Source of the DNA: Picochlorum sp. SENEW3
Taxonomy: Eukaryota
Length of the DNA: 64,000 bases
Reading direction: 5' to 3'
Assembly: GCA_034226945.1 (NCBI GenBank)
Contig: CP120461.1
Span: 806,001-870,000 of the forward strand
The notes beneath the pieces are model-generated. The model was not told where the DNA came from. It made no database searches and was given only the letters and a program-made list of their open reading frames with translations. The stretch's first letter is position 1. Every line of letters starts with the position of its first letter. The position numbers and the translations under genes were made by a program. Below, piece after piece: positions 47,391-59,214 of the stretch.

Positions 47391-50300
47391 TTAAGACGTA
47401 AATTGCAGTCGAGGGGCAATGCACATAGCCATGAGTTCTTGGAAGAGGAGCTTTGCAGCGTATGGAATCTGAACCTGCACAATGCCTGTGGTGGATTTGC
47501 ATGCTTGGCAGTGGAACGAATTCTTCCTGAGGGCCGCAACTGCAACGACTCCGCATTTTTCGCATACATGAATTCTATATGCATCACTTTGGTTGTACAA
47601 CCTTTCTTTCAAAAACGCAGCAGCACCATGTGAGATGATGCAATCTCGCTCCATTTCTCCAAATCTCAGTCCACCATCCCTTGCTCTACCCTCAGTTGGT
47701 TGTCTTGTCAAAATTTGGACAGGTCCACGTCCACGACTGTGTATCTTATCGTCCACCATATGCTTGAGTCTTTGATAGTAGGTCGGATTCAAGAAAATGA
47801 GGGCTTTGAGTTGTCTACCAGTGTGGCCATTGTACATGACCTCCCACCCTCTGGACTGGTACCCACAGCCATGGAGTGCACGTGAAATATTATCCACAGT
47901 GACACTTGTGAATGGTGTGGAGTCACCTTCCTGACCCACGCACGCTGCCACCTTGGACATGAGGGCTTCAACCAAATGGCCAATTGTCATGCGTGAAGGA
48001 ATAGCATGAGGGTTGATGATTAGATCAGGAACAATGCCTTCTGCTGTGAATGGCATGTCTTCTTGAGTGTACGTAATTCCTACTGTACCTTTCTGTCCAT
48101 GGCGAGAAGCAAATTTGTCTCCAACTTGAGGAATTCTCACGGATCTAACTCTCATTTTCACAAATCGAGCACCATCAGCACCTGTTGTCAGGGCAACTCC
48201 ATCCACCATGCCACTTTCACTGTGTCTAAGACTTGTCGAACAGTCCTTCCTTGTAAATCGCTGCGGCATTCCACTTCCATCATCTGGAATTGGGGAAGTT
48301 TTGCCGATGACGACATCATCTCCACTGACCCGTGTTCCAGGAGCAGCAATACCATCATCATCCAGCTTGTCATATGTTCCATGGCGAAGTCCTGCCGTAA
48401 TCTCCCTGTCAGGCTTTTCAATAGTCTCCTGTACAATACTTCCTTGCTGTTTCTCCTCAGTCTTGTACGATCGATAGAAAATGGATCTAAAGATTCCCCT
48501 GTCAATGCTACTTTGGTTCATCATTGTGGAATCCTCCTGGTTGTAACCAGAATAGCACGCAATTGCTACAATGGTATTTATGCCAGCTGGAAGCTCTCTA
48601 AAGTGCAGGTACTCCATTGCTCGGGTGGTAACTAGAGGCTTTTGAGGGTAACACAGCACATACCCCTGGGTGTCCATTCTAACCTGATAGTTCGTCACGT
48701 ACATACCCATGGCTTGCTTACCCATAGCACTCTGGTAAGTATTACGTGGCGATTGATTGTGATCTGGGAATGGAATGATTGACGCACACACTCCCAGAAT
48801 CATGGCAGGGTGGATCTCACAATGGGTGTATGTGGCAGTGTATGAGATGTCAGGATCACTTCTGGCAACCTTCAGATCGTTGATGGTCATGGCAATCATG
48901 GTGGTCTCTTCCTCTTCAACGTCGACATACTCAATGGCCCCTGACTCGATGAAAGATTCCCAGCTTTTACCGGTCTCCTCTCTCTGTGCGAGTTCCACCA
49001 CATCCCTTTTGGTCACCCTCAGTTTCTGATCATCAACGACAAACAATGGCCTACAGCACCTTCCATAATCTGTTGTCAGCCGAAGTTCTTGAAGGCGTAT
49101 GTCATGCACAATGCTCACTTCGGTATTCAAGTCGGACTGTCTCCTCAAAGCCCTCAAAGTGGCCACCAATTCAGCTGGGTTGCGATGGACGCCTACCCAT
49201 GCACCATTCACAAAGATCTTTGTAGTTGTGGCCACAGCAGATGGAGAGATTTCCTCCAACGATTCCGTATTCCAATCATCCAAGGTATCTAACACAGGAC
49301 GAGCTGTACAACCCACACTAATATACGTCATGAGTGACAGGTTCTTAACGAGCCCACATGCTTGTCCCTCTGGAGTTTCTGCAGGACAAATCATTCCCCA
49401 TTGTGAATTATGAAGCTGTCTTGGCTTTGCTAACTTTCCCTCTCTACCTATAGGAGAATTTATTCTTCTTAGATGGCTTAGCGTTGAGGCATACGTCAAC
49501 CTGTTGAGCACCTGTGACACTCCTGGCCTCATTTCTCCCACGCCCATCACACCCCAATTGCCAGTAGCCAAAGAGTATTTTAAACCTCGAGTAATCGTGT
49601 CCTTGTTTATCGCGGCCGTCACATTTATATCTTTCCCTTTATCGACACATCGCTGGGCATAGCTGCGTGCATCTCTGGTTAATTTTCTGTAGAGTCCTCT
49701 GAAAAGACCAGCCAAGAGTGGTCCACCGAGGTCAAGCCTCTTATTGGCATAATGATCCCTGTCATCCTCTTCGCGCCTCCCAAGAGCGACCAAAAGAAGT
49801 CTGTGAATCACATATCCAAAGAAGTACGCCTTCTTCGTCTCACTAGCAGGGCCAGAACCCAGGTGGGGCAAAAGCTCCTTCTGCAACAAATCTCGTGCAT
49901 AGGCTATTCTCTTGTCCTTGGTTGCTCCCACCACCGACCCTCTCTTGCCAATAAAATCCAACGCAACTTCCTGACTTTGAATAGGAATGGCTTCTTCAAT
50001 AGAAGGCCTCAACGCATCCAGCATAGCTGTATCGTTAAAGTCATAGACAATATGTTGCAGAATATCTCTATCAGAAACCAATCCCAGAGCCCTAAAGACA
50101 ATAAAGATTGGGATGTCGGACCGAATGTATGGCAGCGTTGCCCTCAGGCACTGTCCATTTGTACGTTTTGCACCTTTTAGAGAGAGCATTTTCACCGACA
50201 TGGTTGAAACAGCATGTGTGCTGTTCTCCCTTGTACTCCTGCACTCTGCAGCAAACGAGTACTTTGAGGGTTGACTCTTTTTGAACACAAAAACCTGGTT

Positions 50301-51059
50301 ATTCGCCATTCTTTCTTGTGCAATCAACACCTTCTCGGATCCGTTAATAACAAAGTATCCTCCTTGGTCAAAGGGGCATTCTCCAAGATCACACAATTCT
50401 CTATCAGATCGATCTGCCAAATTGCAGTAGTCTGACCGCAACATGATTGGAATATCCCCCAAAAAGACCTTTTCATGAAGCACCACATCTTCATCTATTA
50501 TCTCAGGCTCCTCTCCCAGCTCAACTACCTTTTTACGGATATCTCGCTTTTCTAGATCCACGTACAGTGGGGCACTGTAGGTCAAGTTTCTGAGCCTCGC
50601 CTCTTTTGGAAACAAAACCACAGTCTCCCCATCTGGCTCCACAAATATAGGCTTGGACAAGAAAATCTGACCAAACTTTAGCTGTACCTCTCTTTCTTCA
50701 TCCTCATCCATATCTTGCCCAGGCTGGTGCTGGTTTTGCGGAATCACTGTGATTGTCGAGTTCTCATCCACAATCTCCTGAAGACTCGTATTAATAAATT
50801 CGTTGAAAGAATCCAGCTGCTGCCTCACCAGTCCTTTATCCTCAAAATACGAACTGATCACCGCCCTATAAACGACAATACATGTCAGTAACAAATCAAA
50901 TCACAACCATTATTATTCTATCCTCGTCCTAGTGCTCAAGACTTGCACGAGCACAGTGAAATTCAACTTAACGCACCATGCATCGTTCTCGTCAATCTCC
51001 TCTTCTAAATCCACATCCATAATATCCACATCATCATCATACTCTCCCTGTCGACCCAT
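47391..51059 (-). CDS. RPB2: RNA polymerase II second-largest subunit; exons 51059-50977, 50865-47391
   Basis: [88 protein letters not shown]. Confidence 0.98.
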
Positions 51060-51687
51060 CCTGACGGAACCAGCGCAGAAAACAAAAAACAAATCAACTG
51101 ATGGTTGAACTTTGTCTTTTCACCCTTCGAGGCAAACGCACGCTGTTCCCCTTTCAACAAAATACCAAATATATACTTTCAAAGCCAATATCACGCCGGA
51201 ATCAAGGAACAGTCTCCTTCCAGTGAAAGGAAAAAGCCCGCCGCTTCGAAATCCTCGGTGAAATCCCTTCGCTCCAGCGACCAAGGACTGTAAACGAAAT
51301 ATCTGTTCTAGAAAATAAATATAATTGATTTAAAAGTGCCAATTCCTTCCGAGATGGAGTAGAATCCATGTACCAGCAAAGCTGCCCGAAATATTTTGTC
51401 CCATTTAAAGAGCCAGGCCAGGCATCGTTCGTCGCCATGAATACAAATGCAGGACATCCTCTGCGCTGCAAATATCATGAAATACGCTGATTGGCGTTTC
51501 AGAATACTGATCCTCTTGTCTGATGCGGATCTATTGATGATTTGCACTTGAATTGTGCTGTAGGTGTTTCCTAAACAGCATGGTGCGAGGTTTTTCATTT
51601 GGAACCGGCATCCATGCGTATTTGTGTGTTTCAAATTCATCGAAACAAAACATATCTGTGATTGGTGGACTATATCGAAGAAGAAGG

Positions 51688-53142
51688 ATGACAACAGAGA
51701 CTCCAAGAACATGTAACTCTCATGGTTATAGTGCCACGAATGGATCAAAAGAACAGGACGGTCACATCTTTGGGAGCAAAAAGATTGCAATTATAGGTGC
51801 TGGGGCTGCTGGTTTGATTTCTGCGAAAGAATTAACCCAGATGGGGCATGCAGTGACTGTCTTTGAGCAGACAGAGTCAATTGGGGGAGTGTGGGCATAC
51901 ACTGATGAGGTGGAAGACGATCTGCTGGGTGTGCAATCAAGGAGGAAGAAAGTTCATGGGAGTATGTATAAATACTTGAGGACGAATCTTCCTCGGGAAG
52001 TGATGGGTGTGGCAGATTTTCCATTTGATGACAAGTTTCCAGGGTCAGAAGATCCAAGGCAGTATTGCTCCCACGAAGAGGTGTTTCGTTATCTCAAGGC
52101 GTATGCGACACATTTTGATGTACTCAAATATGTACGGTTTTCGTCTTGCATTCAGCATGTGACACGACGAGGTACAGGCTGGCGAGTCTCTGTGACAAAT
52201 AATAGTAGCGAGGACGAGCATGCATACGAGGAAGATGTCGACGCTCTCGTCATTTGTAATGGGCACTATTCCGAACCTAGGGTTCCAGACTGGCCTGGAC
52301 AGGATGCTTTTCCAGGTCTTCAAATGCATAGTCACAACTACAGAGATCCTAGTGGGTTTGTGAACAAGAGGGTTGTTATTGTTGGGGCAGCATTCAGTGG
52401 CAGTGATATCTCGCAAGAAATTTTAGAGCATGGAGCGGAAAAAGTCTACTTGTCAGCTCGCTCATGGGAGGACTTGGCACAGGGTCACATGGTAGAGGGG
52501 TCAAAAGAAGTACACCGAGTGCCAAACATTAAAGAGCTTGGCAAGGACGGCTCAGTGACATTTGTGGACGGAACAGTCGTTGACAACATAGATATCGTCA
52601 TGTATGCCACTGGATATAAATACAGTTTCCCGTTCATGGCTGGAATTGATGGGGCTCCCTGCGTAGAGGATAACAGGGTGTACCCTTGTTTTCAGCATGT
52701 CTTCCCACCTACATTGGCCCCCTGGGTATCATTCGTAGGCCTGCCATGGAAGGTCGTCCCATTTCCGCAGTTTCAACTACAATCAAGATGGATTGGAGCA
52801 TGCTTGAATGGTTCTGCTCAATTGCCCACCCCAGAGGCCATGCAGGAGCACGTTGATGCATGGTGCGATGAGTTGGACAAGAACGGCATCGAAATGAGGT
52901 ACACACATAGAATGAATCCAGATTCTCAAGGAGAATACAATAACTGGCTCGCCTCACAAGTAAACAAAAATGATATAGGGTGGCCAGAATGGAGAAGGGT
53001 ACTCTACCTTGTCTCTGGTATGAACAGACGAACCAATGGCCTAGACTTTCGAGAGTACAATCTTGAAGATTTGGGCGCACAGCACGCCCTGCAAGAGTTT
53101 CGTAGAGAAGCTGCGGAGCTTCGAAAAAATATACATGTCTAA
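51688..53142 (+). CDS. Flavin-containing monooxygenase (FMO GS-OX-like)
   Basis: FAD motif IIGAGAAGL, GGVW, LRTNLPREVM, FMO signature FPGLQMHSHNYR, NADPH motif VGAAFSGSDI, ATGY. Confidence 0.92.
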   Translation: MTTETPRTCNSHGYSATNGSKEQDGHIFGSKKIAIIGAGAAGLISAKELTQMGHAVTVFEQTESIGGVWAYTDEVEDDLLGVQSRRKKVHGSMYKYLRTNLPREVMGVADFPFDDKFPGSEDPRQYCSHEEVFRYLKAYATHFDVLKYVRFSSCIQHVTRRGTGWRVSVTNNSSEDEHAYEEDVDALVICNGHYSEPRVPDWPGQDAFPGLQMHSHNYRDPSGFVNKRVVIVGAAFSGSDISQEILEHGAEKVYLSARSWEDLAQGHMVEGSKEVHRVPNIKELGKDGSVTFVDGTVVDNIDIVMYATGYKYSFPFMAGIDGAPCVEDNRVYPCFQHVFPPTLAPWVSFVGLPWKVVPFPQFQLQSRWIGACLNGSAQLPTPEAMQEHVDAWCDELDKNGIEMRYTHRMNPDSQGEYNNWLASQVNKNDIGWPEWRRVLYLVSGMNRRTNGLDFREYNLEDLGAQHALQEFRREAAELRKNIHV

Positions 53143-53164
53143 ATACATTCATAATAAATACGGT

Positions 53165-54121
53165 TCATTCAATCATCGACTGTTGGTATTCCCGGCTCAC
53201 CAGAGCACCATCAACAAATGGAGCATCCTCATTCTTCAACGACGAAGATAAGGGGATCATCACGATACCACTATGCCGCATGAGCACAACAGGTCGCGAT
53301 TTTTCTTTCCACACATCTTCTGCGTCGAGTATCCCTTGTGATTGCAAAAACGAACCAATCATAAAAGGCTCATTCCCAAGCAGATACCGTGGAGTCACAG
53401 TCAACTCCAAAATACCCTCTCGACGACCACGTGGCTCTCCTCCATTCACCATCACAATACTCTTCATATCATCATCTTTACTACCTGGACATCGATGCAC
53501 CTCTTCCGGCCTCTTCCTCCACCAATTCACCAGAAACACCACTCTCACATCATCTTCATCCTTTGTATTCGTATCCAAAACACCGTGCCCACATCGCCCA
53601 TCAAAAATACAATATCTATTCTCTTTTGGAAACACCATTGTGCTACATGTCGGAAAATCTTTAGGTACAATGCACTTTTCAATCTCATCATAATGCTCAT
53701 TTGTCACAATCGTTGGACTCTGCAATGTCTTGCTCCCACTCAAATACAACACCGACGAATAAATAGGGTTCACCATCTCTCTCCTATGCTTCATTGCATA
53801 CTCATCCTTGTCTAAATGAAACGCAAGACCACGCCCACCACTGTACACCTGCGCCCAGTACTCTGCCCCCTCCCACTCCCCCACCACCTGTCCCTCTCCA
53901 CCTTCCTCTGAAAGATGCTCCCTCACCACATCATACAACTGCCTCACAATCCATTCACCTCCAGACCGTGGAACAGATTCATCCTCAGACTCAATCACGT
54001 CCCGAGGAACCCAGTAATTTGGTTTTGACTCGAGTTGCATGGCAACATTCTTTGCCCATGCCACATTCTCACCACACCGCAATCCATTCTTGTACACAAT
54101 CGTCTTCCTCAGAGAAGACAT
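53165..54121 (-). CDS. Uncharacterised 2-oxoglutarate/Fe(II) oxygenase-fold protein
   Basis: GAEYWAQ...LAFHLDKDE (HxD)...SSVLYL...PKENRYCIFDGRCGHGV (distal H)...RVVFLVNWW (2OG-binding R). Confidence 0.65.
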   Translation of the reverse strand: MSSLRKTIVYKNGLRCGENVAWAKNVAMQLESKPNYWVPRDVIESEDESVPRSGGEWIVRQLYDVVREHLSEEGGEGQVVGEWEGAEYWAQVYSGGRGLAFHLDKDEYAMKHRREMVNPIYSSVLYLSGSKTLQSPTIVTNEHYDEIEKCIVPKDFPTCSTMVFPKENRYCIFDGRCGHGVLDTNTKDEDDVRVVFLVNWWRKRPEEVHRCPGSKDDDMKSIVMVNGGEPRGRREGILELTVTPRYLLGNEPFMIGSFLQSQGILDAEDVWKEKSRPVVLMRHSGIVMIPLSSSLKNEDAPFVDGALVSREYQQSMIE

Positions 54122-54366
54122 TGCTGTGTTTATATTTTGTGAATAGGATTGTTGTTGATTGAACTGGTAATTCAGTTCATCTGCAGATGAACAAGGGAGG
54201 CCATCAACTTTTTTATAGTATTTATTAAGCAATTATGGCGCCTTTCAAAGGCGATAAGTTCTTCTTACTCTGAGTCGCCTGCTGTCGTACCAGCACCAGA
54301 TCTAGCAACGCATTTTTTTATTACTTCAAATAGTTGGTACTACTGAATCCGAATGCAACCCATGTG

Positions 54367-55353
54367 ATGGAATCCGATTCAGAGTCAAATTCGAATGTAA
54401 GATCCATGCTCGATCACGCTGGACGAATGTTTAATGACGCCGCTGATCAATTACATACGCCAGAAAAGGAAGCACGGAACAGTATTAGTTCTTCGAGTCG
54501 AAAGATGAGCGATGCAGGGAGGAGTACTGGGAAGACGGTGTCTTCCCAGCAGAGGAGGGAGGCAGAAGAGTTTCCATGGAGCCATGATGTATATTCTCTT
54601 GGGAAAGCGTCCTCGTCGCGACCAAAGAGCACATCTGTGCGGCGTACGAGAGGGTTTTGGCATCTGTTGATGACGTTGATTGTTGGGGTGCTCTATGGGG
54701 TGGTGATTGCAAGTAGCGGGTGTATGATGGTGGCCCATGTTGGGTTGATGGAGCGAGTCGTCCCTCCGCACGGCTGGGAACGTTTCTCGAAAGCTGTGGA
54801 TATGTACAGAGTGCATGTGGAGCCAGTCTTGGAGGAATACGTGGTCCCGTATGCCAAAGTTGCTCATGATGAGGTGTGCACTCATCGCGTGAATCCATAT
54901 ATTGTGAGGGTTCGGGACGTGACTGTGTCATCGTTCAAAGAGGTCATGCCTGTTGCAAAGAAATTCCTTGCTGATATCAAGGAGAAGATGCGCGACACGG
55001 TGCCCTCTTCTACCTTGCCTTCTTCTTCCTCCTTGGTGGCACTCGTTCCCTCAGATGGGAAGAAGAAGCCATCAAGAAGCGATCTCCTGCACTTCATTCA
55101 GAACAAGTTTGCGAGAATTGGCCAAAACATGGTATTCTGGGGCCGCCCAATGCGAACAGAAGACACATCTCCAGACCCCATTGCCAAGTTTTTGCAGCAG
55201 CATGTCATCCCTCAGTCAGTGATGAATGTGACGCCATCATGGGTTTTGTACAGTATTATACAGCCGTTAGCTGTGTTTCTCAGTACAGTTGCAGGTCTCT
55301 CTCTCGCTATGATGGTCCTTGCCGTCGTGATGAAGAAAACTGAACAAGACTGA
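54367..55353 (+). CDS. Hypothetical membrane protein with two hydrophobic segments
   Basis: Long ORF filling a gene-sized gap; Ser-rich N-terminus; TM-like FWHLLMTLIVGVLYGVVIA and a C-terminal hydrophobic helix. No family recognised. Confidence 0.55.
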   Translation: MESDSESNSNVRSMLDHAGRMFNDAADQLHTPEKEARNSISSSSRKMSDAGRSTGKTVSSQQRREAEEFPWSHDVYSLGKASSSRPKSTSVRRTRGFWHLLMTLIVGVLYGVVIASSGCMMVAHVGLMERVVPPHGWERFSKAVDMYRVHVEPVLEEYVVPYAKVAHDEVCTHRVNPYIVRVRDVTVSSFKEVMPVAKKFLADIKEKMRDTVPSSTLPSSSSLVALVPSDGKKKPSRSDLLHFIQNKFARIGQNMVFWGRPMRTEDTSPDPIAKFLQQHVIPQSVMNVTPSWVLYSIIQPLAVFLSTVAGLSLAMMVLAVVMKKTEQD

Positions 55354-56147
55354 TTTGTTTTTTCATGAATTTTGAATTGACCTGTATTGAATACAACTTG
55401 GTTACCAACATATCTTTACACTGTGATGAAAAACACAATGGATACGTGTGCTGAGAAAGAAATCGCCAGCATGACATATGAATTCATTCGAATGAATAGA
55501 AAAAGGAGGCCTCAGTTGAAGAAATTCAACCAAATACTTACGAGCTTCATCATAGAGATTCTCCAGAAGCGCGGGTAGTTTTCTCATCATTGACTCTCCT
55601 ATACGCACTCTCAATACATAGTCAACATACCTGCTCATGTGTTTCGGTATCTCAATCGCATCGCAGACGCATGTCATGTGGCATGCAGGGAAAGAAAAAA
55701 AGCAGCAGGAAGATGGTTGCAAGCATCTAGTAGAGAAAAAGGACCCAATAAATAAGTAGTCCCTGTGTATTACTTTTTAAAAGTAATACATAGTAGATAA
55801 TGTATTGAAAATCCTGACGCATTGAGCAAAGATGAGCATCAAGCAGTCTTGGGTGTGTTTACAAAGTGTTTAATCAAGGAGTCCGTCGAGATCAGTTGTC
55901 TTGTTCTTCATCAGTCATGCGCTGTGGCACACCCCAAAATAACACCGTTCCATCTTCAAAGTATTTTTTAACCATTCTGCGCATTTATCTAGACTCAGTA
56001 GGCATACGGGTGCTGTTCTGACGGTTGGATCAGAACAAGGACAGGTGGACAGGAACAAACACACATGTTCATGTAGATGGCCCATCGTGGTTATTTAGGC
56101 ATCGTATCCACTTTTACAGATACACTATATTAAAATAATAAAGCAGC

Positions 56148-58265
56148 ATGGGTGCTCAGCATCCACCAGCGGCGGTTGTTCCTGAACTGTTGTTGGTTCG
56201 TGACTGTTTGCACTGTTGTCAGGGAGGCCTAGGGGGTCGGTATGTTCAATACAGTGGTGGAGAGGCAGTGCCATATGATGTGGTGGAAGAGTATAGGGAG
56301 GATGTGGAGGGAGGGACGAAGAGAGATAGTGTTGTGCCTCTTTCTCAGAGGCAGTTGATATGGAAAATTACAAAGGTTGGTGGGCTTGTGCGGCGGATTA
56401 CCGAGTGTCTCAACGGAGAGCACAAGAAGGATAGCATTGTGCATGACGCTATTCGTTCTGCGTGTCACAAGGAGATTCGATCGTGTTACAGGGTGATTGC
56501 TGTTCTGGAAGGTCAGTCCCATGGTGTGGGGAAAGGAGAGGGATATCAGGCATTGACGCTTCGGAGGACTCTTGTGTGGTTGGATGAGACGCGACAGAGA
56601 TTAGAGATTGTGGCGTCGTGTCTTGATGCGGTGCAGACTGTTGGTGGAGGGGAAGCTTTGAATGTATTGTATTCCTTGTCACAGCATGGGGATTCGTTTG
56701 TGGTTCAGACGATTGCTTCATTGCTGAATTCTGCGAGTGCGCCGTACTTTATGCAATTAGAACAATGGATTACACACGGTGTAATCCCAGGTGTTGCGAA
56801 TCTGCACCAGCTTGGTAGAGGGCAGATGATGTCAAGTAGAGGTGTCAAGGATATCATGCCTGGGCAGCGCGGCGGTGAGTTTATGATTACAAAGCTGAGG
56901 ACTCCAAAAGATCATCCGTACGATGATTGGAAGGATGGATTTACGCTCGATAAAGCTGCTCAGCCATCGTGTATGCGTGGGCCTATGGCGAATGATATAC
57001 TCAGCGTTGGAAAGCAAGCGTATTTTTTAAGAAAGTATTGTGATGATGAGCAGGAGTGGAATGACGCTGTTGTACAATTACAACATGCTGGACAGTTAAC
57101 TCGCGTAGGTTCAGACTTTAGTGCGGAGCAGAGAATGTCTATTCTGTCACAGCTCATTCAGGAGTCAAAGCAGGTCATGGGGGAAAAATTGTTGCATGTC
57201 ATACGGGAGAAGGAGCACATGTTTGAGCATTTGGAGAACATCAAACGATATGTATTGCTTTCAAAAGGAGATTTCGTGAGAATATTTATCGATTTAGCGG
57301 ATGAAGATTTGTCTGTACCAGTAGAGTCATACAGTGAGTATACGTTGCAGGGCCATGTGGAGAAGGCTTTGCAGACGTGTGGTGCTGTGGATATTGGTGA
57401 TAGAGGGTTGCTGGATAATATCAAGGTTCAGAGAGTTCAAGAACATCAATATACAGCGGCGACGGATATCGGGTGGAATGTCTTTGGACTTGGATATGCC
57501 CTTGCACGAGAGGATTCTCCAGCAGCAGTTCTCTTGGACCCAGCATCGATGAACACGTATGGGGAAATTTCTAGCATATTGTGGTCTATGAAGAGAGCGG
57601 AACATATATCTGGACTAACCTGGCATCGTTTAGATGCCATAGCGCGTGATTTAAATAGACTGCGGTCCATGGAGAGAGAGTATGGAATCGATGCAGCATC
57701 TATTGTGGGTGCTGTTCCTCTGCTGATGAGGTATTTGCATGCGCTGCGGGCGGAAATATCTCAATTTGTGAATACACTGCAATCTCATATTGTGTATCGC
57801 GTTATTGAGCCTGCCTGGAAGAAAATGCTGTCCGACATGATGGTAGCAAAGGATTTAGATGGACTCTTAGAGTCCCATGCTGCTGCGCTCAAGAAAATCT
57901 CAAAGGGGACGTTTACAGATAGAAAGAAGACTAAAAGCGTCACTTCTGACTCGAATGAAAGTCGAGCGACTCTGAGAGCGGCTCTTGGTGCCGCCATGGA
58001 TGTGCACATTCCCGTGGAAAATTTGTCAGCCACAGTCGGAGATACCGTTGATGCACATTGCAGACACCTTGCAAAAGTTAGGGAGAGCGAACGCCTTGGC
58101 ATTTGGAATGAAGATGAAGTTCGACAGTCTCCTCCTTCAATATCAGAGGAAACAGTAGAAGAAATCAAGAGAAGCGCAGTCCAGCTGTATGGTATATTCT
58201 CCAGGCATAGAGATATGTTCTTTGCAAACCTGCCAGCATCAATGAGAGAAAACATCTGTCGATGA
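56148..58265 (+). CDS. Gamma-tubulin complex component (GCP3/Spc98-like)
   Basis: LLVRDCL..CQG..GRY, LTLRRTLVW, HGDSFV, ILSVGK..YFLR, HLENIKRYVLLSKGDFV, GWNVFGLGY, VIEPAW (GRIP1/GRIP2 pattern). Confidence 0.85.
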   Translation: MGAQHPPAAVVPELLLVRDCLHCCQGGLGGRYVQYSGGEAVPYDVVEEYREDVEGGTKRDSVVPLSQRQLIWKITKVGGLVRRITECLNGEHKKDSIVHDAIRSACHKEIRSCYRVIAVLEGQSHGVGKGEGYQALTLRRTLVWLDETRQRLEIVASCLDAVQTVGGGEALNVLYSLSQHGDSFVVQTIASLLNSASAPYFMQLEQWITHGVIPGVANLHQLGRGQMMSSRGVKDIMPGQRGGEFMITKLRTPKDHPYDDWKDGFTLDKAAQPSCMRGPMANDILSVGKQAYFLRKYCDDEQEWNDAVVQLQHAGQLTRVGSDFSAEQRMSILSQLIQESKQVMGEKLLHVIREKEHMFEHLENIKRYVLLSKGDFVRIFIDLADEDLSVPVESYSEYTLQGHVEKALQTCGAVDIGDRGLLDNIKVQRVQEHQYTAATDIGWNVFGLGYALAREDSPAAVLLDPASMNTYGEISSILWSMKRAEHISGLTWHRLDAIARDLNRLRSMEREYGIDAASIVGAVPLLMRYLHALRAEISQFVNTLQSHIVYRVIEPAWKKMLSDMMVAKDLDGLLESHAAALKKISKGTFTDRKKTKSVTSDSNESRATLRAALGAAMDVHIPVENLSATVGDTVDAHCRHLAKVRESERLGIWNEDEVRQSPPSISEETVEEIKRSAVQLYGIFSRHRDMFFANLPASMRENICR

Positions 58266-58274
58266 GTTTGTGCC

Positions 58275-58952
58275 CTACATTCGTGACTGCAACTGCTCCC
58301 AATATGAGTTATTGCTTGGTAAAGAAAACGCAAAGGATGCTTCATCAGACTTTGTGATTTGGTCAATATGGGGCAAAAGCAAGTGATGGATTGCAATTGT
58401 GTTGTTGTCAATCCACTGGGCTAGCTCTGTTGCTGGTACTGAAGGATCCAGCAATGGTGGTCTCAAGATGGATGCTGCATTCGAATACCACCCAGGATCC
58501 CATGCATTTTCCTGGCCAGTTTCTTCTCGAGGTCTATTCGCGCTCCAATCCCAGTTCAACAACTGAATGAATGATGTAACAAACAAAAGTGTTAGTATGT
58601 GCAAGCTTGCCATGTATCCATGTTTCGTGACGCACCAAGTAGAAACCGTTCCCTTCGTCGTCCCACATGATACATCTCTTGCCGTGTTTAAGACATAGTG
58701 CATCCATATCCATGACCTTATCAATGGCCCACACTGTTTTCCGTGATGTGATGCCTTTGATGATCTTTTCTACACTATTCTGGAGCCTTTTCTTCTTCTC
58801 CTGCCTCTTTCTCACTGTTTCTGGGTCATTCTTTCTGCAATATAATGATTTTTTACTCTATTGTTGTACATAAGAGATACGTTGAGTCACGAAGTATGTA
58901 AATATGCTTACATGTCTTTGTATATGTTCTTTACCGGTTGAGTGGCAGACAT
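58275..58952 (-). CDS. Predicted 175-aa three-exon orphan protein, possibly a divergent chromodomain; exons 58952-58912, 58834-58636, 58562-58275
   Basis: Canonical introns GTAAGC..TTGCAG (77 nt) and GTGCGT..TTCAG (73 nt) join ORFs 58534-58815 and 58275-58724 into one frame. Confidence 0.6.
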
Positions 58953-59214
58953 GGTAGTTTCTTCCTCCTAAAAGGATTTTATTTTCGCTATGTTCACACT
59001 AAACTCAACAAAATATGCACATAAAGGTGACAGATAACAATATAAAGAATAGTTTTGAATACATGTTCGAGCCCTTGGTCAAACATGTGAGAGTCAAAAC
59101 CTGTTGACCAATAAAATGATTGGTAATTTACAACCTCCAAAAGTCCAATAGGATTACTGAAAATATACATGCGATGCAAAGAAAAAAAGAACTAGCCTCT
59201 AAAGACAGATGTGA

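Noticed and set aside
55402..55920. 106-aa minus ORF and a nearby CTGATGA...CTGA box-like segment
   Set aside because: Non-ATG start, no motifs, no terminal box D and no rRNA complementarity that I could identify.
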